In this document: one piece after another, positions 49,284 to 59,185 of the stretch
Position numbering within the stretch: the first letter of the stretch is position 1
Layout: each line of letters opens with the position of its first letter
Virus record (IMG/VR): IMGVR_UViG_3300022221_000007
Span: 1 to 62,533 of that record
Origin: a virus
Taxonomy: Duplodnaviria > Caudoviricetes
DNA: 62,533 nucleotides
Reading direction: 5' to 3' (one strand)
Position numbers and translations under genes: made by a program
Notes under the pieces: model-generated
Seen by the model: only the letters and a program-made list of their open reading frames with translations
The model's database searches: none
Told to the model about the DNA's origin: nothing

Positions 49284-49558
49284 TAGTAAAGTCCTGCAGA
49301 AGGTTCAGGAAACAGTAAAGGTAGTTGTTGAAGATTAGTGTTAACGCCATTTTGTACCTTGAAAATATAATCCTTAACCTCTTCCTTTGTAATGTTAAAA
49401 CGATGACGGTAGCCTGAAATGTGGTTTCCATCAGAACCTATAACTTCAACGAAGTAGTCATCCCTCATTAAGTTTAATCTTGCCCTCACTACTTCGTAGG
49501 TTTTACCTACAGTCAGCCTATTCTCATAATTCTTGTTGTTCACACACTTAATTTTCAT
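49283..49558 (-). CDS. small SH3-like hypothetical protein
   Basis: MKIKCV...LTVGKTYEV. Confidence 0.65.
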   Translation of the reverse strand: MKIKCVNNKNYENRLTVGKTYEVVRARLNLMRDDYFVEVIGSDGNHISGYRHRFNITKEEVKDYIFKVQNGVNTNLQQLPLLFPEPSAGLY

Positions 49559-49731
49559 GGTTTTGCCCTCGCTATCTGAGCGTGTAACAAATAAACATCC
49601 CGCCACTCATGACAACATTCCAGGCAATTCATTTCTTGGTAGGCATAACCAGTATCAGCATTAAAACTACCCCCTTCTATTTCAGAACTCTTGCATTTAG
49701 GGCATTTGTCAGTCACAACATTTGTAGTCAT
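49555..49731 (-). CDS. small Zn-ribbon protein (58 aa)
   Basis: Translated by hand; CPKC...CLEC; ATGA overlaps on both sides. Confidence 0.7.
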   Translation of the reverse strand: MTTNVVTDKCPKCKSSEIEGGSFNADTGYAYQEMNCLECCHEWRDVYLLHAQIARAKP

Positions 49732-50381
49732 TTTCGCATCTCCTGAATCATCTCCCAGAGCTTGAATGTAGCTGCACCATCAGTAGCTGAGTACATTAGG
49801 AAATCGGGATCTCTAAGATTTTTAGGTTCGTAATCTTCATGGACAGACCAACGAGGATCATAGAAACTACCCATCAACTCTTTTAAACCAATTTTAGCCT
49901 TCCAAATAGACACATGGTTTATCAAACACTTAGCTACCAGTGAAGTGTCAATGTAGTTTAACGGGTACTTGTTAACTCGATGTTTCATTAACTTGAGATC
50001 AAATAAGGCGTTATGTACAAGGAGCAAACCCTTATACCGACTAATCCAATCCCAAATAAATAGTTCCAGTTGCGGATTGTCACACACAAAAACAATACTG
50101 TGAGAATTTGAAGTTCCAAATATGAAATGCGTTACTCGAACTAAAGACGGAAAGGATAGTCCTGAGTTGTTAGCTACCAGTAATGATAATCGTTTATGCT
50201 CTTTACTGATGTCAGGATTCTTCAAAAGTTCTTTGGCTTCTTCTCGATCTTCAGGAGTGTAAACGCCCCTACCTTCAGTATCGAAACTGAGCACAGGTAG
50301 ATCTTCCAGCATTTTCATAGCCTTAGCTATATGAAAACGAGTGCTGTAATGCTGGTAAGTAACTTTAATAACTTCAGACAT
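49728..50381 (-). CDS. stand-alone 3'-5' proofreading exonuclease domain of family A polymerase
   Basis: ExoI FDTE, ExoII HNALFD, ExoIII YSATD. Confidence 0.85.
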   Translation of the reverse strand: MSEVIKVTYQHYSTRFHIAKAMKMLEDLPVLSFDTEGRGVYTPEDREEAKELLKNPDISKEHKRLSLLVANNSGLSFPSLVRVTHFIFGTSNSHSIVFVCDNPQLELFIWDWISRYKGLLLVHNALFDLKLMKHRVNKYPLNYIDTSLVAKCLINHVSIWKAKIGLKELMGSFYDPRWSVHEDYEPKNLRDPDFLMYSATDGAATFKLWEMIQEMRK

Positions 50382-50400
50382 TTAAACTCCTAAATTTAGC

Positions 50401-50815
50401 TGTCAAACTAAAACCTTGGATCATAACGTGCGTACTCCTATTGGTCCCGGAAACCTCAAGTACGGTTTGATTACACCAGAGCTATGGATTTACGCAATTA
50501 AGGCTACCTCACTCGATACCAAAGAATTAGCCGACAAGTTTAGTTTGTTTTTACTTTGCGCTTCAGGTAAACGCCTAAAGTCTTAAGAGCACTACACCCA
50601 CAAAGTAAAAACAAGTTAAGTTTGTTTTGCTTTACAGTTCCGTCGTACTTGGGAACTTTACAGGCAGAGTTCGCTACCACATAAAGCAAAACAAGTTTGG
50701 CTGATTAACCTTTAACACCCTTTGAGCCAAGGCACAGGAACAGGCGAGCTTGAACCGGTTACACAATCGTTCTGTATGTGTTTGGGTATCTCAAATAGGT
50801 GTTAAAGGCCAATCA
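50401..50815 (-). ncRNA. tandem array of four long-stem-closed RNA units
   Basis: Stems 50401/50536 (imperfect), 50545-58/50601-14 (14 bp), 50622-34/50682-94 (13 bp), 50702-19/50798-815 (18 bp with G-U on minus). Confidence 0.65.
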
Positions 50816-50821
50816 AATTCT

Positions 50822-51022
50822 TTAGTTGGTTCTGGCTATCTCAGCCTTAGTTCTTAAATCTTCCATTGCCTCTCTTCCGGCAATTTCAACTACTTCTGCT
50901 GGTGTGTAGTGACGATTACCATCAATAGAAGCCATAGCCCAACCTTCACCGTGTCCATACTGAGATACGGGATACACGTTAACGGAAACTAGCCTACTAA
51001 ATTTTGTAAAAAACTGAACCAT
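50822..51022 (-). CDS. hypothetical protein
   Basis: GAGG RBS. Confidence 0.6.
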   Translation of the reverse strand: MVQFFTKFSRLVSVNVYPVSQYGHGEGWAMASIDGNRHYTPAEVVEIAGREAMEDLRTKAEIARTN

Positions 51023-51031
51023 AAAATCACC

Positions 51032-51433
51032 TCAGTATTCGATAAGTCCGTTAAGGTCGTTGTCAAAAAATTTACCCCCAATATTCTCATTAATAAATGC
51101 TGGATCAAATATAGCATCGTAATGAAATAGTAGAGCAGTTTCTAAGTAGGTAGCTGCTTTCTTGCTGGAACATTGGTAGATAATTTCTTTGGTTTTAATT
51201 TCCAAACCTAATATTTTTCCATGACTGCCTTCATAATCTTTAAATGGAAGTGCGGTCATAATACGCCTTGATCGTTTATAGCCTTTCAAAGGAGGCTTCT
51301 TACGCATCGATCTAACAGTCTTCTTGCCTATGTAAGCTTGACCATTAACGTAATCAATACGGTATACAAAATCGGTACAATCTTCAAGCAGATCGTCGTG
51401 ACAACTTATTTCTTTACCTTTGTACAGCCACAT
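51032..51433 (-). CDS. GIY-YIG family nuclease
   Basis: FVYRI...YIGKK...YEGS...LE...NENI. Confidence 0.75.
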   Translation of the reverse strand: MWLYKGKEISCHDDLLEDCTDFVYRIDYVNGQAYIGKKTVRSMRKKPPLKGYKRSRRIMTALPFKDYEGSHGKILGLEIKTKEIIYQCSSKKAATYLETALLFHYDAIFDPAFINENIGGKFFDNDLNGLIEY

Positions 51434-51477
51434 ACTAAATCCCTTAAAGTGAAAAGGAGCCAAGAGGCTCCCTATTT

Positions 51478-53682
51478 TTATTGCATACGGCGTAAAGCCG
51501 GTTCGACTAAAGTTCTTTGCAATCGAACATTGTCTAACTTATCTACCCAGTAGTTATTAATCTCACTGGCCAGATTTCGGACGTACTTAGAGTCAGCACC
51601 GAGGTCAATAGCGTAAGCTAAAGCACGGTACATAAGAACAGAGCGTTCCCCTCTTTCAGCATTGAAGGCAAAGGCAAAAGTTTCACGAGGATCTTCCAAC
51701 TTCAGGATTTTCTCTTTAGTTGGTAAGCTCTTAGCGGGTTTTGGCTTCTCTTTTAGCCTTAGAGCAGCTTTCTCTAACAGGAACTTAGTCTTCAGTGTTT
51801 GACCTTCTAACTGAGACAGTACATTCCTGTTAGCAAAACTTAAGAAGATCTGACTTTGAGGTAAGACATCAATAACAAGTCCTAACTCCTCAGCTATTTC
51901 CTCCAGGAAACATTTCCACATGCGTTCATCAATATCGACAACTGAATCCAACTCCATAACTACTCGGAATTTAAATTCATTATCTGGGTCACTGGTACGA
52001 GCAACATAATGGTTATAGTCGCTTAACAGTGTGTGAGCCTCTTCATCAGTTAGCATAGACTTATCAATGTCTAACACAACAAATTTGGTACCACCCACAA
52101 GGTTGTCTTTCTTACGAACACCATCAGTGAAAGCAAAAGAACAGTAAACAGCATTTTCCTGCAACAGTAGCTGTAAATCCGAAAAATCAGTTTCAAAAAA
52201 TTCGTAACCGTCTTTCGAGTTAATAGCCATGTGCTCTTTCAAAGCAGCACCTGTTAAGCTGGTTTGGAAAATTTTGTAGGAAACTCCCACAATATCAGTC
52301 TTCACCAACTCTCTGTACTGAATACCTCCTTCCTGAACCGTGTAAGAGCCTTCCTCATCATAAGAGTTAGCCATCGTACATAGTTCATCTACCTTGCCCT
52401 TACTCGAACCAGTCCCTGTCACATAAGACAGTTTTCTTAATTCATGCAAGGATAGAAAGAACTCACCTTCTTGCGCTTTAAACCGGCACATATCTGCCAG
52501 TTGCTCATAAGGCTCTTTAACTAACTCACGCTCAAAAGAACTTAAGTTAGGCGCCAGTAGCTCAACAGTGTTTATTGCATAAGCATAGGTGTTCTCAGAA
52601 ATAGACAACTCTCCTGCCAAAATCGCATAGCTACCTGCTAACTTTAGTGCCAACCACTGTTTATGTTTTCGACTAAGTTTGGAGATAGGGTACTTATTTG
52701 GCATATCATCAGAAAGAATGGAATTATATTCCAAATACACATCGAACAACTTATCTGCTTCTGGGGTTACTTCCAAGGGTATCTGAGTTGTAGATTCAAC
52801 CAAACTACTAGTCAAATCCGACAGTGTTTTCTGAGCAGCCAATACACGAGTACGTTCCTTTTCCTTTAACTCATACAATTCATCAATAGATTTGATTTTC
52901 AGTCGAGGAGGAATTTCAGGAGTAAACGTGAATATGCTTCTTCGTGCTAACTGAGTGTTAAATACCAGTTTGAACCGGTTTTTAATCTCGTTGTTAAACA
53001 ACAAAGCTTCTTGAGAACCAAAGAACAATGCATTCACAGGTAGATTCTTGACTGTTTGAGTCTGGTTCTCCTGGGACTTCACAATTTTTGGTGGAATATT
53101 TCCAAGGTCATAAGCCACAGCAATGGTTTTGATAATATCTACCATGGAACCATTAGCTTGTAACTCAGAACCAATCTCAGACGACAAAATAGAGCCAGCA
53201 CCTATCGGATTTTGGCCAATTTCCGCAAAGTGATGCATTAGTCCCTCAACAGTACCTAAACCAGCTTGGAGTGGTTTTGGTTCGTTGTAGTACTTACGCC
53301 ACTCTTCCGGACCTTCTCCTTCCAATCTGGCCAGGTTTTCAGCTTTAGTTCTTGCAAACTCCCGTCTCTGGTCCTCAATCTCCTCGTACCCAATACGGAG
53401 AGCTTTCCGTAAAGTACTAAGAGATTTATCTTTTGAAGTACCAGAAGCACTTAAAGCAAAAACGATAGCGTTAGTCGGTACTAGCGTGTCATCGTATAAT
53501 CGAATAGATTTACGCAAGTGCGAAGTAAAAGTTATCAGTTCTGCCAAAACAATGGCCAGTTTAAGTTTGAAGGGTATTTCACCGGATATGGTATCAATAC
53601 CCTTCTGAACTACGTCAGGGAAAGAGCCAACAGAATTGGTTCTCGCCTTGACGTAATCTTCCAGAAGTTTTTTGGTTTCCAT
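51478..53682 (-). CDS. putative helicase-primase (N-terminal P-loop/DUF3987-like, C-terminal AEP-like primase)
   Basis: ASGTSKDK P-loop; VLDID, RTS...KFRVVM. Confidence 0.6.
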   Translation of the reverse strand: METKKLLEDYVKARTNSVGSFPDVVQKGIDTISGEIPFKLKLAIVLAELITFTSHLRKSIRLYDDTLVPTNAIVFALSASGTSKDKSLSTLRKALRIGYEEIEDQRREFARTKAENLARLEGEGPEEWRKYYNEPKPLQAGLGTVEGLMHHFAEIGQNPIGAGSILSSEIGSELQANGSMVDIIKTIAVAYDLGNIPPKIVKSQENQTQTVKNLPVNALFFGSQEALLFNNEIKNRFKLVFNTQLARRSIFTFTPEIPPRLKIKSIDELYELKEKERTRVLAAQKTLSDLTSSLVESTTQIPLEVTPEADKLFDVYLEYNSILSDDMPNKYPISKLSRKHKQWLALKLAGSYAILAGELSISENTYAYAINTVELLAPNLSSFERELVKEPYEQLADMCRFKAQEGEFFLSLHELRKLSYVTGTGSSKGKVDELCTMANSYDEEGSYTVQEGGIQYRELVKTDIVGVSYKIFQTSLTGAALKEHMAINSKDGYEFFETDFSDLQLLLQENAVYCSFAFTDGVRKKDNLVGGTKFVVLDIDKSMLTDEEAHTLLSDYNHYVARTSDPDNEFKFRVVMELDSVVDIDERMWKCFLEEIAEELGLVIDVLPQSQIFLSFANRNVLSQLEGQTLKTKFLLEKAALRLKEKPKPAKSLPTKEKILKLEDPRETFAFAFNAERGERSVLMYRALAYAIDLGADSKYVRNLASEINNYWVDKLDNVRLQRTLVEPALRRMQ

Positions 53683-54512
53683 TAGGCACCCACTTTCTCA
53701 AGAACATCAGAAAAGAAAGCGATCTCATCAAACCTAGAACCAATATTCATAACACCAGTAAGGTCAACTGGAATGCCATAACCACTAGCAAGATCTTTAC
53801 CGTAGAAAGATTCCAAAATTGCAAAGTAGAATTTACGCAACAACCGTTCATTAACGACTGAGGACATAATCTCTACAGACTTCGGATCTTTGTGAGAGAA
53901 CAAAGGAATGCTCGAAAAGAAATTACGAGTGTCATTACCATTTTCGTCTTCAGCACAGTACCTGTCTGGGAACACCAACGTAATCTTAATAAAGATGTGT
54001 TGACGTTCCAGTTCTTCGATAGTGGCCAAAAGCTTAGCGGTATTCCTCCGAACATCCTCATCTGCAACGCCATGGTAATAGCTGATGCTGACATACAGCT
54101 CGTAGAAAAAATCCACATACTCTTTTGAGGGAGTAATAACGCAGTCCGGCTCACCGGCAGCATATTTACCTACGTCGACACCGACGTTAGTACCGTCAAC
54201 GCTGTATTGGTAAGCTTCATAAACTTCTTCAGTAATCAAACCCCGTTTATGAAGGTTGCTTCTGACCAAGTTACGAATTTCTGCTCTCTCAGTTTCAGGG
54301 AAATTAGACTTACCCAGCATTAAGTCAGACAAAGCTTCCCGGTAGCTAACACCACATTTTGAGTCTTCACGCTGAGTAAGCTTGGATACATGGTGTTTAA
54401 AGTGGTCGAGATTTCGGAAAGCTACAAAATCTCTAGCTCCCATCTCAGAATCCCAGGCTTTCGGAAAAATATCCGGAAAAGGGAGTTTTGTATCAAATTT
54501 TGAGTAAGTCAT
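53682..54512 (-). CDS. MoxR/CobS-associated partner protein (vWA-like)
   Basis: VDVGKYAAGEPDC motif; adjacent to AAA ATPase. Confidence 0.6.
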   Translation of the reverse strand: MTYSKFDTKLPFPDIFPKAWDSEMGARDFVAFRNLDHFKHHVSKLTQREDSKCGVSYREALSDLMLGKSNFPETERAEIRNLVRSNLHKRGLITEEVYEAYQYSVDGTNVGVDVGKYAAGEPDCVITPSKEYVDFFYELYVSISYYHGVADEDVRRNTAKLLATIEELERQHIFIKITLVFPDRYCAEDENGNDTRNFFSSIPLFSHKDPKSVEIMSSVVNERLLRKFYFAILESFYGKDLASGYGIPVDLTGVMNIGSRFDEIAFFSDVLEKVGA

Positions 54513-54525
54513 TTTGTTTCCTCAG

Positions 54526-55356
54526 TTAAAAAGGTGGAACTTGTTCTCCAGCTTTAGCTTTAGGTTGTCTTGGTAAAGTTACTTCGACACCAGACTGTTT
54601 AACGACCAGTTCTGCTAAGTCAAACAGTGTCTGACATTCGCTTTGATCAGTATACTTTGGAAGAGTTTCTAAAAACTTTTCATACTTCTCAACAACTAGT
54701 TCATTATCTTCACCCACAATTCTGTGAACAAAACCATCGAGTAGGCCAAGATCTTTACGTTGCTGAAATCTCATACTATCACGCATGGAAACTACAACCG
54801 ATGAATTAACTTCCCGGAGTACTTCCCGTAAAGCAGTAATATGGCGATGAGTATCAGAGTCTACCAAAGTCTTTTCTAGCTGCTCATCACGCTGAACTAG
54901 TATCTGGTCAAAACGGTCAAGAGTAGCTGCATCAAGTTTAGCTCTACCAGTATAGTGGGCATGTTCGTTTTGAGGATTAGCAGTAGCTACCAAACGGAAG
55001 TCTTTGTGCAAATCAATAAGACCATCCGGAAATGATATAAATCCATTCTCAATAGTATTGAGTGCTAGTAACACGTTGGGATCACCAGCATCCATCTCGT
55101 CAAGAAGGTACATACCACCTTGCTCAGCAGCTTTTCTGAGTAGTGATGGTATGTACACACCACTAACATTCATAAAGCCTAACAAATAAGACAGAGTGGT
55201 CTGACGAGTCATAGAAACACTGTAAAAAGGTAGTTTAAGTTCCTCAGCAATCTGTTTTGCCATGGTAGTTTTACCACTACCCTTTTCACCGGTCAAAAGA
55301 ACGGCAATACCCGCGTCGATAAGCGTTTTAGCTTCATCGTATTTTATATGATGCAT
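54526..55356 (-). CDS. MoxR/CobS-like AAA+ ATPase
   Basis: GEKGSGKT, LLDEMD, ATAN, LDAATLDRF. Confidence 0.85.
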   Translation of the reverse strand: MHHIKYDEAKTLIDAGIAVLLTGEKGSGKTTMAKQIAEELKLPFYSVSMTRQTTLSYLLGFMNVSGVYIPSLLRKAAEQGGMYLLDEMDAGDPNVLLALNTIENGFISFPDGLIDLHKDFRLVATANPQNEHAHYTGRAKLDAATLDRFDQILVQRDEQLEKTLVDSDTHRHITALREVLREVNSSVVVSMRDSMRFQQRKDLGLLDGFVHRIVGEDNELVVEKYEKFLETLPKYTDQSECQTLFDLAELVVKQSGVEVTLPRQPKAKAGEQVPPF

Positions 55357-55370
55357 ACTTAATTCGCTCC

Positions 55371-55964
55371 TCAAGCATTAGGGTTAGCAGCAAAAACAGC
55401 ACGAGTAGGATCGGCATGTTTTTCATTAGAAAGTACTGTTTCATGCAGGATGAAAGCTCTAAGGTCACTGTAACTGTAAAAAGTTCTTGGAGTTCCAGTG
55501 TCGGAAAAACTTATGTAATTTGGTAAATTGTTTAAGATTTTATCCATAGTCTCTTCGAGTAATGGAAAGGGGTATGAAGTATAAGTAGCCCAATCAGGGT
55601 GACCTCTCATAACCAAGAGAAAAACCAGCAAGTCTTTACTATCAAGATCATACAGTTCCTCAGAAGTTCTGTTAACACGATCAGCCTCGATATATCGGGC
55701 AAACGATAGGTAAAACTCTAAGTCTTCACCTTCAATACGGCAGTCCTCAAACTGAACGGTTAAGTTTTCATAAAGGGCTTCTACCGACATGTCTTCCAGA
55801 GTTTTTACATATTCACGAATAGGGCCAATACCGACTTTTAAAACCAGGTTGAATACAGAAGCTATAAGCTCAAATTTCATACCTTTACTTCGGGACAACA
55901 ATGTTGCGTAAATATGAATAGGAGTAGATTTTTCGACAACGAAAGGAAGAAATTTATTAGCCAT
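55371..55964 (-). CDS. hypothetical protein
   Basis: 197-aa ORF. Confidence 0.7.
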   Translation of the reverse strand: MANKFLPFVVEKSTPIHIYATLLSRSKGMKFELIASVFNLVLKVGIGPIREYVKTLEDMSVEALYENLTVQFEDCRIEGEDLEFYLSFARYIEADRVNRTSEELYDLDSKDLLVFLLVMRGHPDWATYTSYPFPLLEETMDKILNNLPNYISFSDTGTPRTFYSYSDLRAFILHETVLSNEKHADPTRAVFAANPNA

Positions 55965-55974
55965 AAATCACCTG

Positions 55975-56001
55975 AAAAAATAAACCCCCATTCCTGGGGG
56001 T
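55975..56001 (-). terminator. intrinsic terminator
   Basis: ccccca-ttcc-tggggg with T tract on minus strand. Confidence 0.55.
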
Positions 56002-56020
56002 ATTAAAAAACTACCTAAAC

Positions 56021-56365
56021 TTACAGGTAGTCGAACTTAACGCCTGAATCAACATTAGCCAACAGAGGATTGGTAGCGATAAGCTCCTCGATCTTCTTGT
56101 TGATATTGATGCCAGGGTTTTGCTGTTCAGCTTCAACAGCTGCAGCTTTGATAAAGCCAAGCTCAGAACGTAACATTTCAACTTTGGAAGCAGCTTCCAA
56201 ATGAATGAAAGGCATAGATCCATGAGCAGTGTTGACGAAAGGAGCTTTGATTTCAGCTTCTTCATTACCGTAGTTCTTACGAGCACCGGCAACTAACTCA
56301 GCAACTTTTTCCAGCTTGTCTTCAGCTGCAACATCTTTTTCGGTCAAAATTTTAGTCAATGACAT
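56021..56365 (-). CDS. hypothetical protein
   Basis: 114-aa ORF with RBS and own terminator. Confidence 0.7.
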   Translation of the reverse strand: MSLTKILTEKDVAAEDKLEKVAELVAGARKNYGNEEAEIKAPFVNTAHGSMPFIHLEAASKVEMLRSELGFIKAAAVEAEQQNPGININKKIEELIATNPLLANVDSGVKFDYL

Positions 56366-56420
56366 TTTTTATTTCCTTCATATATTTCCCACAAAACTAT
56401 GCAGTGCGGGATACTGCGGT

Positions 56421-57827
56421 TTAGCTTACTAATGCACTAGCGTTTTCCAGATTGACTCCTGCTCTGGAGCAGGCCACATAGTAACATCGGTAAACTACCA
56501 GATCATCATGGTTCTGTATTCCACCATTTTCTCTGATAGACTGGATGCGACTATTGAGGTCTTCAGCCAAGATTACAGTTTCAAACTCTAACCCCTTGGA
56601 AGTATAGACAGTAGCGATAGTGTAGTTCGTATCGACTTCTGCCTCTTTAGCCCGTTTATACAGGTCAAAGATATTAATGTTATTACGTTGAAAGTGAAGT
56701 AGAAGATTTACAGCAGTTTTAGTTTCCTGGTCTTCAAGGTTGTCTAGTAAGTGCTGAAAGTAGCTTTGACTACGCTTTCGATTTTTCTGGTACCTCTTAA
56801 ACTCAGTTTCCAGATGTTTATACTTTTTCTGGTAGACTTCTTTACCAGTAGATGATGAAACAATAGCTAAAGGGTAAGCAAAAATTTCAGATATTTTTCG
56901 CAGTAAATGAAATCCTTTGCGTTCTTCTAACCGCTGACTAATTGCATGAACAATTTTGGCATTAGTCATAGTGCAGATTAAAGTCTTACCATTTCTTACA
57001 GGTTCGTCAGTACCGATAAACGTAAAGTCATCACTGACATCTCTACGCATAAAGGTTTGAATGTCTTTTGCAATCTCTTCACTGCACCGAAAAGAACGAG
57101 TTAGCGGAAACACTGTAGCCTCATCACCTAATAATTCAAAACCGTCTACTAAGTTTAAGAAATCATAAATAGCCTGGTTAGTTTCACCAAGCCCTAATTT
57201 TTTAGGAGCTTCAATAAGTTTAAAGATTTCCAATGCAACAGCTGTTGTGTCGTTAATCTCATCAAGAATTACCAAATCATATTTACACTTAACAGTGCCT
57301 TCCACCAACATAAGGTGGAAATACTTTAACAGGAAGTTAAATGACGGATTAATTTCTTTAGCAGCCATTTTCTCAATATACTGAGTAGCTAGTCTTGCCA
57401 TCATCGATGAATCATCGTGGTGCTCAAAGAATTCTTCCATGTAGTCGTACATATCAGTAGATGCCGATACATAAAACTGGTTAATTGAGTCAATAATTTC
57501 GTACTTAAGCGCATACGAAATATCTTCAGTAATACAGGAATAAGATATATCACTAATTTCCTGTTTAGGCTTAACGTACTTATAAGCCAATGCGTGAAGT
57601 GTCTTACACTCCATGTTAGTTCCGTAGAAAGTGGCATTACCCTCTTCTACAATAGCTTTATTGAATGCGGTATACAGGCCAGTCTTAGGCTTAAGTACAT
57701 TCACAACTTGTTTAGCTATGAAAGTTTTACCGGTACCTGCACCTGCAGATACTAGGACAATCCCAGTAGTTTCGGGATCTCCTACATGATCTAAAACATC
57801 ATGTTGTTCAGGTGTGAATTTCAGCAT
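56421..57827 (-). CDS. superfamily 1 (UvrD-like) helicase
   Basis: AGAGTGKT, ILDE, LTRSFRC, TSKGLEF, YVACSRA. Confidence 0.85.
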   Translation of the reverse strand: MLKFTPEQHDVLDHVGDPETTGIVLVSAGAGTGKTFIAKQVVNVLKPKTGLYTAFNKAIVEEGNATFYGTNMECKTLHALAYKYVKPKQEISDISYSCITEDISYALKYEIIDSINQFYVSASTDMYDYMEEFFEHHDDSSMMARLATQYIEKMAAKEINPSFNFLLKYFHLMLVEGTVKCKYDLVILDEINDTTAVALEIFKLIEAPKKLGLGETNQAIYDFLNLVDGFELLGDEATVFPLTRSFRCSEEIAKDIQTFMRRDVSDDFTFIGTDEPVRNGKTLICTMTNAKIVHAISQRLEERKGFHLLRKISEIFAYPLAIVSSSTGKEVYQKKYKHLETEFKRYQKNRKRSQSYFQHLLDNLEDQETKTAVNLLLHFQRNNINIFDLYKRAKEAEVDTNYTIATVYTSKGLEFETVILAEDLNSRIQSIRENGGIQNHDDLVVYRCYYVACSRAGVNLENASALVS

Positions 57828-57899
57828 AATTACCTCGAAAAATTTAAAGCCCGTTTCGACCAAGAGTGGGCAAAGCTCCAAGAAACCAAAGCAGTAGTG

Positions 57900-58295
57900 C
57901 TACTCTGGGGGTCTGGGAATTTTACCTGCCACTAAACCAGTCACATGGTGAATTCTTCTACCTACGTAGTCAGTGTCTAACTTATAACCCATAGCTACCT
58001 CACCAATACACATGTCTTGAATTTCAGCTAGTAATTCAAGCTGCTTTTCATTCTCTGTCTTTAGCTGCTCAATCATCTTTCTGGCTGCGATGGCTTCACA
58101 TTGATCGACACAAGGCGCATAGCCTGTTGGTGGTTTACCATCGGCCTTTGCTGCTTGCCATATTCTAAACATCTCGTTAACTCTAACTGACTCAGCACCT
58201 AGCATTGGATTTAGTGTCATGTAGGCACTGTCTTTGTACCAAATGTCCCCATTATAAAGATTAACCTTTTTTTCAAACGCCGCACGATCACTCAT
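57900..58295 (-). CDS. hypothetical protein
   Basis: 131-aa ORF. Confidence 0.6.
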   Translation of the reverse strand: MSDRAAFEKKVNLYNGDIWYKDSAYMTLNPMLGAESVRVNEMFRIWQAAKADGKPPTGYAPCVDQCEAIAARKMIEQLKTENEKQLELLAEIQDMCIGEVAMGYKLDTDYVGRRIHHVTGLVAGKIPRPPE

Positions 58296-58404
58296 TGTTC
58301 ATTCTCCGCTACCAAGTAATTAGTCATTTCAGTTATTGCCAGCTCTATAAATTCCTAAAATTGCCTCACAGTGAATTCTATAAAATGCCTCAAAAGCCTC
58401 TCTA

Positions 58405-58761
58405 TCAATACTCATCTGTAAAGCCCTCCTGTTGCTTACTGTAAGGCATACCACCGTTACCCAGGTGAATATCAACATATTCTTTAATTACGTCACAATG
58501 ACAAGCACGGGGAGCACACCAACACCCTAAAGTAATATCTCCAGCATCTGCAGCAATACAGATGTCAGATAGCATCTCCAGAAAACCCGGAGGAGCAAAG
58601 TCAGGATTTAAATTTTGGTGAAAATAAGATTGGTAAAGTTTCAATACAGAAGATCTCTGTATTTCGTTATTAAGAATAAAAGGGTTTCCTAAAGGAGATG
58701 CTCGATCACAACGAAAAGTTGGAGAACTATTTACCCTCAGATTCACTACTGTCACTGTCAT
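58405..58761 (-). CDS. DUF4326 protein
   Basis: RASPLGNPF...LGCWCAPRACHCDVI. Confidence 0.8.
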   Translation of the reverse strand: MTVTVVNLRVNSSPTFRCDRASPLGNPFILNNEIQRSSVLKLYQSYFHQNLNPDFAPPGFLEMLSDICIAADAGDITLGCWCAPRACHCDVIKEYVDIHLGNGGMPYSKQQEGFTDEY

Positions 58762-58862
58762 CTTCAGAGTCTCCGTAAAGGGTTTTCAAATCTTTTTTCC
58801 AAACATCAACACAGATGATAAGAAAACAAAAAATAAGAAAAAAGAAAACAAGTAATTCCATC

Positions 58863-59087
58863 TCAACTACCTATCTCATTAATGAAAAATTCAGCATGCT
58901 GCCCAGCACGTTTCATACTGTACTCAGCACGATTTTTATTAGAGGCTACACGATCAATATCATAAAGAAGACCCTCAACCAATTCAGTTAAATTCTTTAG
59001 GTTTTCAAACCTTTCATTATCAGTATGAGTTTCACCAACAGGCTCAATTGGTCCTATAAGTTTTGAAACTATTTCATGTACATCCAT
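58863..59087 (-). CDS. hypothetical protein
   Basis: KLIGPIEPVGETHTD..RFENL. Confidence 0.7.
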   Translation of the reverse strand: MDVHEIVSKLIGPIEPVGETHTDNERFENLKNLTELVEGLLYDIDRVASNKNRAEYSMKRAGQHAEFFINEIGS

Positions 59088-59099
59088 AGGATCTCCGGA

Positions 59100-59182
59100 A
59101 AGCCTGACTGAGTGCTTCAGCTACTAGCCGAGCATTCTCGGTTGTTAATAACCATTTAACGAAGTTATACTCAGTCAGGCTT
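59100..59182. ncRNA. long-stem-closed RNA unit
   Basis: Perfect 14-bp aagcctgactgagt/actcagtcaggctt enclosing inner hairpins. Confidence 0.55.
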
Positions 59183-59185
59183 AAA

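Noticed and set aside
50401-50815. CRISPR mini-array
   Set aside because: No constant-length direct repeats; units are bounded by inverted repeats and vary in length; no cas operon (the PD-(D/E)XK nuclease is the usual phage recombination type).
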